From: Candidatus Poribacteria bacterium | GTDB taxonomy: Bacteria > Poribacteria > WGA-4E > WGA-3G | Direction: 5' to 3' | Length of the DNA: 64,000 bases | NCBI GenBank assembly: GCA_964291315.2 | Contig: OZ219753.1 | Span: 288,001 to 352,000 of the forward strand | Part shown: positions 58,043 to 64,000 of the stretch, piece after piece | How the letters are laid out: the number at the start of each line of letters is the position of its first letter | Numbering within the stretch: the stretch's first letter is position 1 | Translations under genes and position numbers: made by a program | The notes under the pieces: generated by a model | Databases searched by the model: none | What the model was told of the DNA's origin: nothing | The model's input: the letters and a program-made list of their open reading frames with translations, nothing else

Positions 58043-58698
58043 TTTTTGACTCCTGACGCTATAATTCCAGCCCGTTCCGCCAAAAACCGAGCTGCCTCGG
58101 TTCCGTCTACGTCTTCCATCCACGCGACAAACCCTATAACGTCCCCGCCTGGCCAGGCACAATCCATACAGGCCCACTCATTCGCCTCGCCTGTCCGGAT
58201 ATTTTCCAACAGGTAAAAATCGTATCCATCACATTTGGGGCAGTGCGCCCTGTTCCTTTCGTTCACATAGATACCGTACTCGTTGAGAACCTCTTCCATG
58301 TCATAGACAGCTGTCACCATTTTACTCAGTTTCTAGTATGGGATTTCTGTGGGGATATCAGAGGCAGTATCGGCTGCTCCGTCCAGTTCCTCATTGAGCG
58401 TTTCCGTTGCCAGTTCGGCTTCCAATGCGTCGAACCCTTCCGAGAAAGCCGGATCCTCTTCAGGAGATGTGTGCGCCGCGGCGAGGTGCTCGGTGTCGGC
58501 AACCGCTGATGTTTCAGACCTGTCTGAAACATCAGCGGGTTGAGCGGCCGCTCTCTTCGTGTTTTGAACCTGCTTGGGTTGATAAGGAACGGTTTTATAG
58601 ATCGTTATCACCTCGGGGGGCTTTTGTTGGGTGCGCCAAAGTGCTATCAGCCCTCCGATACACATAAGAGCGATGATGGAAATAAAGAGGGATTTCAC
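58039..58698 (-). pseudogene. Membrane-anchored protein with C-terminal primase-type zinc finger, interrupted by an in-frame TAG at 58333-58335
   Basis: TM VKSLFISIIALMCIGGLIALW, acidic linker, ...EIPY*KLSKMVTAVYDMEEVLNEYGI...CPKC...CMDC..GGDVIGFVAWMEDVDGTEAARFLAERAGI in one frame. Confidence 0.75.
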
Positions 58699-59705
58699 TG
58701 TTTTTCTGACTCCTTGGGACCAAGATACTCGCGTATATTCCAATCAAAGAAATTCGCAGGCAGCCCCTGATTAAATGCCATGTCTAAAATGGTGATACGG
58801 GTTGTGCGGCGCATAAAACCGTCTGCCCGGTACTCTTTTGCCTCAAAAACTTTCGGATGCGCAATCCCGAGGCTTTCAAGAGAGACAAAGTCCCGATGTT
58901 CCTCAACTAACCGCAGCCAGTATCCCTCTTCATTGGCGTTGGGAGACTCACTTTTGAAAAAGTGTTCTTCCTTAAAAATCTCGGGGATGTCTGTGGGACG
59001 CACATAGGTCTTCGTCAGAACTTTCTCAAAGGGGGAATAGGTGAGGATCAAGACCGCCTCTCCATCAATGTGAGTAGACTCTATTTGCACATCGGTTTTT
59101 TCAATGTTCACCGGTGGCAGGCGGATCGGAAAACGGCTCACCAAAGGGGCCTCGCCTTCAAAAGTGTCTGTGTGCATGCCCCCGATATGCTTGGCGTTGC
59201 AATTTTGATGCGGTAGCGTATTGACAAGCTTTTGATCGGCGTTGACGACTAGATATTCTTGCCGTCCACCATCATAGTAGCGCGCAAAATCGACGGCGGG
59301 GAATAGTGCATCACTGGCAGAAGGATAGCTGTCAAAACGGCAGATTTTTTTGATCCGAAAGTTGCATTGCGGGGACTCCCGTGGCTCCCCCAGGAACCGC
59401 TGGAAAACAAGATTCTCTTCGTGAAAAAAGAAGAACGCGTCAGTATCCCTGAAAGGCCCATAAGTTTTGTATCCCTCAATGTCCTCTAAAATCAGTTTTC
59501 GCAGCCGCTGCAGTGCTTCGGGCGTGGATGTCTTCTGTGGTGCGTCGCGGTATTCCTGTCGGCTGTATTCTATGCCTTGCCTCACAAAGCTGCCTCTCTT
59601 CTCCGGAGGGGTGGGGTAAAGTTCGTACCAGAGCATCCTGATTTCAGCGTCTTCAATGAGTTTTTTAGAAAAACTGAGGATAGAAATCAACGCTTGGGCA
59701 TCCAT
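58695..59705 (-). CDS. Hypothetical protein; C-terminus resembles LolA-like/lipoprotein-sorting beta-fold proteins
   Basis: AAGGAG RBS before ATG 59705; C-terminal ...RITILDMAFNQGLPANFFDW; family call is tentative. Confidence 0.7.
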   Translation of the reverse strand: MDAQALISILSFSKKLIEDAEIRMLWYELYPTPPEKRGSFVRQGIEYSRQEYRDAPQKTSTPEALQRLRKLILEDIEGYKTYGPFRDTDAFFFFHEENLVFQRFLGEPRESPQCNFRIKKICRFDSYPSASDALFPAVDFARYYDGGRQEYLVVNADQKLVNTLPHQNCNAKHIGGMHTDTFEGEAPLVSRFPIRLPPVNIEKTDVQIESTHIDGEAVLILTYSPFEKVLTKTYVRPTDIPEIFKEEHFFKSESPNANEEGYWLRLVEEHRDFVSLESLGIAHPKVFEAKEYRADGFMRRTTRITILDMAFNQGLPANFFDWNIREYLGPKESEKQ

Positions 59706-60137
59706 CTGTATGGTCTCCTTTTGCTGCTCTATAAAGAATCTAACGCAACACATTTCGTGTTCTGCTCTCCCTTTGAAGCTCTGAAAGCTCAGAAAAGGCA
59801 GAATAACCCTTACATACTATTCGACATCAGCTCATCTCAAGGACATCATTAACGATACTACATAGATAACGCTTATTCAAGAGAAAATTGTTTTTTCAAA
59901 AGTCTTGCCTGTTTCTCCTCATCCGAGAATTTTTTCTACGCACCCTCTTCCGTGTTATTTAATTATATACATCTCACCGAAAAAAGTTTAGCTTTTTTTT
60001 ACCTTGCAGTTCGGGTACTGTCTTTAGGTTGGGAACAGGCAGGCGACGGGGAGCAAAGCAGAAATCGGGTCCGACGGACGATTGTTTTGTCTTTGTTGCA
60101 ACCGATATGTTGGTGTTTGGCTGTGGCTTTTCGACTT

Positions 60138-61163
60138 TTAGCGTGCTAACTTCTGCTGTAGTTTGGGGCTATCTATAACATCTCGATTAACAACATGCGA
60201 AGGGATTTGCCCGGAAGCTACACTGATGATACTCCCGCACGCGCTCTTAGCATTACCGTCAAAGCATTCATTTGTCCAACAGATACTGTGTGGTGTAACA
60301 ATGACGTTTTCCAAGGTCAGGAGCGGATCGTCGTTATTAATTGGCTCTTGTTCAAAGACATCAAGCCCGGCTCCTTGGATCCGCCGACTTTGTAGTGCTT
60401 CTGTTAGTGCTTTCTGATCAACAATAGGGCCTCGGGCGGTGTTAATCAGGTAAGCTGTCGGTTTCATCAGTCCGATAAGTCGTGCATCTACGAGTCCGCG
60501 CGTCTCTTCGTTTAGGGGGCAGCAGACACACACGAAATCCGCAGTCCGCATCAAGGTTTCCAGATCAACGACTTCTGCACCGACTTCTGCCGCTTCGGCA
60601 GCTGTAACGTATGGATCATAGGCGATGTGGTGCATCTCGAAAGGCTTTGCCAGTTTGAACACTTCTTTTCCGATGTTACCTATACCGACGAGTCCCAACG
60701 TCCTGCCGACTAATCCGGTTCCTCTGTAGTTTTGCGTATTTCTCCATCCACCGGCGCGGATAAGTCGATCTTTTATCAACAACATGTGGCTCAGCGATAA
60801 GACAAAAGCCATAATAGAGGTGGCAACGGGACGGCGAACCCCGTCTGGAGCAATTGTTAGCAGTACACCATTTTCGGTACAGGCTTCTACATCTACCTTA
60901 TCATATCCGACGCCGAATCGAGCGATAACAGCTAACCTGTCAGCGCTTGTAAACGTCTCTGCTGTGATAGCAGCTCCTAATACCAAGAGTGCATCATAAT
61001 CCTTCACTTGTGTGTCTTGTAATACTGGTGTGTCCTCAGCAATGTATTCCCACTGCAGGTTAGCTTTGCCGAAAAGCTGACCTGCGACAGCGTCTAAATC
61101 GCTTGTGCCGTCAGGCCCCAAAAAGTCACGTGTGATACCTATTCGAAACACAGTTTTGTTCAT
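60138..61163 (-). CDS. D-isomer-specific 2-hydroxyacid dehydrogenase (SerA-like)
   Basis: ARFGVGYDKVD, GIGNIG, LINTARG, LDVFEQEP, TPH. Confidence 0.92.
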   Translation of the reverse strand: MNKTVFRIGITRDFLGPDGTSDLDAVAGQLFGKANLQWEYIAEDTPVLQDTQVKDYDALLVLGAAITAETFTSADRLAVIARFGVGYDKVDVEACTENGVLLTIAPDGVRRPVATSIMAFVLSLSHMLLIKDRLIRAGGWRNTQNYRGTGLVGRTLGLVGIGNIGKEVFKLAKPFEMHHIAYDPYVTAAEAAEVGAEVVDLETLMRTADFVCVCCPLNEETRGLVDARLIGLMKPTAYLINTARGPIVDQKALTEALQSRRIQGAGLDVFEQEPINNDDPLLTLENVIVTPHSICWTNECFDGNAKSACGSIISVASGQIPSHVVNRDVIDSPKLQQKLAR

Positions 61164-61247
61164 TTGCTATCCTTACTGTTTGTCATGGTGGGGCTATAAA
61201 CCGATAAACATTTCCCCGAGGGTATTTCGTGTCAAAGGTGTTTTTAA

Positions 61248-62840
61248 TTATCTTTCAATCCAAATTTGGCGGAAGTACTTCCACGTTAGGGGATGGAGTT
61301 TAAGGTTTTTCACCTTTTTGTTAACGGCCAGAATCTGTTGCGCGTGTGCTAAGGGTACCCATGGCATATCCTTGTGAAAAATACGTTGTGCTTCCTTGTA
61401 GAGCGAAACGCGCGTTTCTTGGTCAGTGTTTACCCTTGCCTGCTCAAGTACATCTTGCATTGCTTCGCTTCGATAGAACGCTATATTCCCAGCGGGCTTT
61501 TCGGCTGCTGACTTGCTCAAAAGATAATAGAAAAAGTTATCTGGATCACCTAAATCGGCGCTCCAACCTAACATTGCTATGTCGTGCTCTCCGTTTTTTG
61601 TTTTCTCCAGATAGGTTCCCCAGTCATAAGTTACGATTTTTGCCTCAATGCCGATGTTTCGGAGGTCAGATTGCAGTACTTCAGCAAGTGCCCGTCCATC
61701 TGGGATGTAGGGCCGCGGGACCGGGAGTGCCCAGAGGGTGGTCTCGAACCCGTCAGGATAACCTGCCTCAGCAAGAAGCTGCTTCGCTATTTCAGGATCA
61801 TAAACGTAATCTTTAATTGTGTCGTCATAGCTCCAGAGGGTGGGCGGGATCGGGTTTTTTGCCTGAATCCCCATCCCTTGGTATAGGTGTTCAATAATGG
61901 CCGTTTTGTTTATGGCGTGATTTATTGCAAGCCTTACTTTTAGGTTATCGAATGGTGGTTTGTCCATGTTCATCGCTAGATAGCCAATGCTCATACCCGG
62001 CTGCATCAGTAATTCGAGCGTTGGATCTTCTTGAATCTGCTGAAAGTCATCTGGATTTGGGAATTCCATTGCATGTAGACTTCCCTCTTGGAGCTTAATA
62101 AGTCGTACTGAATTATCAGGAATAGACTGGAAGATAATTCTATCCAACGGAGGTCTACCTGCCCAATATGAGTCATTTGCTTCAAGTACGATCTTATCGT
62201 TCCGATCCCAGCGAACGAACTTAAAAGGGCCGGTACCAACGGGATAATTCGTGAAATCCTCACCCCATTTCTTCAATGCTGTTGGACTCACAATCGAGAA
62301 TGCTGGGATTGTAAGTGTTGAGAGGAAGGGGGCATACGGCGTTTTAAGACCGATTTGAACAGTCCTTTCATTAACAGCAGCAATTGTATCTACAATTTCC
62401 GCTAGGCCGGTCTCTATCCAATAGTTGTAGGCACCGCCGACTTTGTGGAAGGGGTGTGTATTATCGTGTTGTCGGTTAAGAGAGAAGAGGACTGCTTCAG
62501 CGTTGAAAGCAGTTCCGTCATGGAAGGTCACGCCTTGGCGTAGGTGGAATGTCCATGTTAAACCATCTTCTGAGCTTTTCCAACTCGTAGCGAGTGCGGG
62601 TTCAAGTTCCGTGCTTCCGTCTTTGTATTGGACGAGTGTATCGTAAATATTTTGGCAAACCTTAAAGGATTCACCGTCTATCTCGTGTGCCGGATCAAGC
62701 CCGATAGAATCACCGCCACGTCCGAAGATTAGAGTGCCGCCTCGCTCTATATGTGAGTCAGCGAATGCTGACGCGAACACTATAAATGGTAATATTAAAA
62801 GGGTTAATAAGAAAAAATGTACAGAAAACCTGCTTTTCAT
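61248..62840 (-). CDS. dppA: ABC transporter peptide-binding protein (family 5, DppA-like)
   Basis: Signal peptide; LDPA, PALATSW, LRQGVTFHDG, PVGTGPF, VRLAINHAIN, GWSAD.GDPDNF. Confidence 0.9.
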   Translation of the reverse strand: MKSRFSVHFFLLTLLILPFIVFASAFADSHIERGGTLIFGRGGDSIGLDPAHEIDGESFKVCQNIYDTLVQYKDGSTELEPALATSWKSSEDGLTWTFHLRQGVTFHDGTAFNAEAVLFSLNRQHDNTHPFHKVGGAYNYWIETGLAEIVDTIAAVNERTVQIGLKTPYAPFLSTLTIPAFSIVSPTALKKWGEDFTNYPVGTGPFKFVRWDRNDKIVLEANDSYWAGRPPLDRIIFQSIPDNSVRLIKLQEGSLHAMEFPNPDDFQQIQEDPTLELLMQPGMSIGYLAMNMDKPPFDNLKVRLAINHAINKTAIIEHLYQGMGIQAKNPIPPTLWSYDDTIKDYVYDPEIAKQLLAEAGYPDGFETTLWALPVPRPYIPDGRALAEVLQSDLRNIGIEAKIVTYDWGTYLEKTKNGEHDIAMLGWSADLGDPDNFFYYLLSKSAAEKPAGNIAFYRSEAMQDVLEQARVNTDQETRVSLYKEAQRIFHKDMPWVPLAHAQQILAVNKKVKNLKLHPLTWKYFRQIWIER

Positions 62841-63109
62841 AGATGCCTCCGCTATTCTTAAAATGATGTATTTATCATACAAGGTTCTTCAGGAAAAGTC
62901 AAGTGTCCTTTTCTGGTCTTTTCTTATAGGAGCGATCTGCGGATAATTGCAGGTCCATTCGATTTGCGATTTGTCTAGTAAATCATAACCTAATGAAGTC
63001 CGTGTATCTTTTTTCTTAAAAAGCCGTTTTATTAATGGGTATTTTGTCTTAATACCGTAATGCAGTTGTGAATCTGACTAATTTATTAGGTGGTTTTCAT
63101 CAGGAGATT

Positions 63110-64000
63110 ATGTTGTCCGTTGATCAACTCATTCAAAATTTAACAGACACAACGCAACCGAGCGTCGTGCGTAGTAGTGCTATTGAAGGGCTTGTGACTC
63201 AAGGTGGTGCAAGAGGCGTGAAGTTCCTAATTGAGGTACTGACTGACTCTGATTCAATGGTCCGCCGAGAAGCGGCGAAAGCACTTCGGAATCTTGAGGC
63301 AACCGAGGCAATAGAGCCGCTCCTTAAAGCGTTGCAGGCAGAACCTAAAGATTTAACTGCTTGGGCGATGCTTGAAGCGATCGGTGAGTTAGGGAGTCCA
63401 AGTGTTATCCCGACCTTAGAATCGCTAAGTAGCGCTGACTCTATGCTCACGCGGATAGAGGTGAAGAAAAGTATTCGTAGGATCCGGGATCAGTATGGCA
63501 TCGAAAACATATCTAGTGTGCCGAGGGAAGAAGAAACTACTGCACGGCAAGCACACCCTACGCGCCCCTCTGAATTAAGACCGTCTCAGGATACCCCTAT
63601 TTCTGATTCGGGCTCCGTGGAAACCGAAGAAATACAAGGCGATCACAAATCACTCCTGCCCTATCCGATTAATAAGGCTAACTCACGAGCTTCTATCGCT
63701 ACCGAAGAAACAGATAAACCCGGCCGGGAACAGACAGCTGTTTCTACAGAGGACACCTTTGAAGCACCTCCGGTGGAAACAGACCAAATAACAACTGCCT
63801 TGCCCGAAGATGGAACGGAGCAGGAGAACCATACACCATTTTCTGAGGCAACAGAGGAGATTCTAAGTAATCCTGAATTTATAGAGGAGGTAGGAACAGA
63901 TACGGAGCACCCGGGATTCGATGAAGAGACTGAGATAAGTGACACAGAGCCTTTGGAACCTGATGAAGAAATAGACATACCCATCGTGAAATCCAGAGAT
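63110..64000 (+). CDS. HEAT-repeat protein with long acidic low-complexity region (3' truncated by window)
   Basis: CAGGAG RBS; LIEVLTDSDSMVRREAAKALRNLEATEAIEPLLKAL; frame open to the window end. Confidence 0.85.
   Translation, partial: MLSVDQLIQNLTDTTQPSVVRSSAIEGLVTQGGARGVKFLIEVLTDSDSMVRREAAKALRNLEATEAIEPLLKALQAEPKDLTAWAMLEAIGELGSPSVIPTLESLSSADSMLTRIEVKKSIRRIRDQYGIENISSVPREEETTARQAHPTRPSELRPSQDTPISDSGSVETEEIQGDHKSLLPYPINKANSRASIATEETDKPGREQTAVSTEDTFEAPPVETDQITTALPEDGTEQENHTPFSEATEEILSNPEFIEEVGTDTEHPGFDEETEISDTEPLEPDEEIDIPIVKSRD

Noticed and set aside
58333-58335. Pyrrolysine decoding of the in-frame TAG
   Set aside because: Not a methylamine methyltransferase, no pyl genes in view, and the neighbouring gene is also damaged; a point mutation is simpler.
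1-64000. DGR reverse transcriptase, template repeat, CRISPR array, transposase/integrase, rRNA or tRNA
   Set aside because: No YxDD-type RT ORF, no AAC-rich non-coding copy of the variable cassette, no regularly spaced repeats and no such genes were seen by eye.

Overview
Bacterial chromosomal window, probably Candidatus Poribacteria (inferred from secreted LamG-type proteins ending in an AVxxxGKxxxxWxxLK motif and FGE-sulfatase domain proteins). It is mostly housekeeping: moeA, accD, topA, ftsEX, polX, ADP-heptose genes, glyA, folC, membrane PPase, ilvD, tmk-holB, metG, addB-like, sod, T-box-ilvBNC and dppA. Three accessory segments interrupt it: an AT-rich restriction-modification island (~29.4-34.1 kb), a secreted triple FGE-sulfatase/C-type-lectin-fold gene (42.0-45.9 kb) and a decaying island (~54-59.8 kb). 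Main observations: (1) The three FGE/CLec domains end in equal-length variable cassettes, and copies 1 and 3 differ at codon positions 1-2 while keeping position 3, which is the footprint expected of diversity-generating retroelement (DGR) mutagenesis. No RT or template repeat is in the window. (2) Upstream of that gene is a leader ORF with a C8 tract that would fuse in frame to it on gaining one C. (3) A two-domain rhodanese has an in-frame TGA at its catalytic Cys, so it is a probable selenoprotein that the ORF track truncates. (4) The FtsE has lost its catalytic residues. (5) A probably Val-specific T-box precedes ilvB. (6) The membrane PPase carries the dual Na+,H+ signature. (7) A translationally coupled 4-gene operon includes a membrane-anchored primase-type zinc finger split by one TAG. 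No rRNA, tRNA, CRISPR array or transposase was seen.
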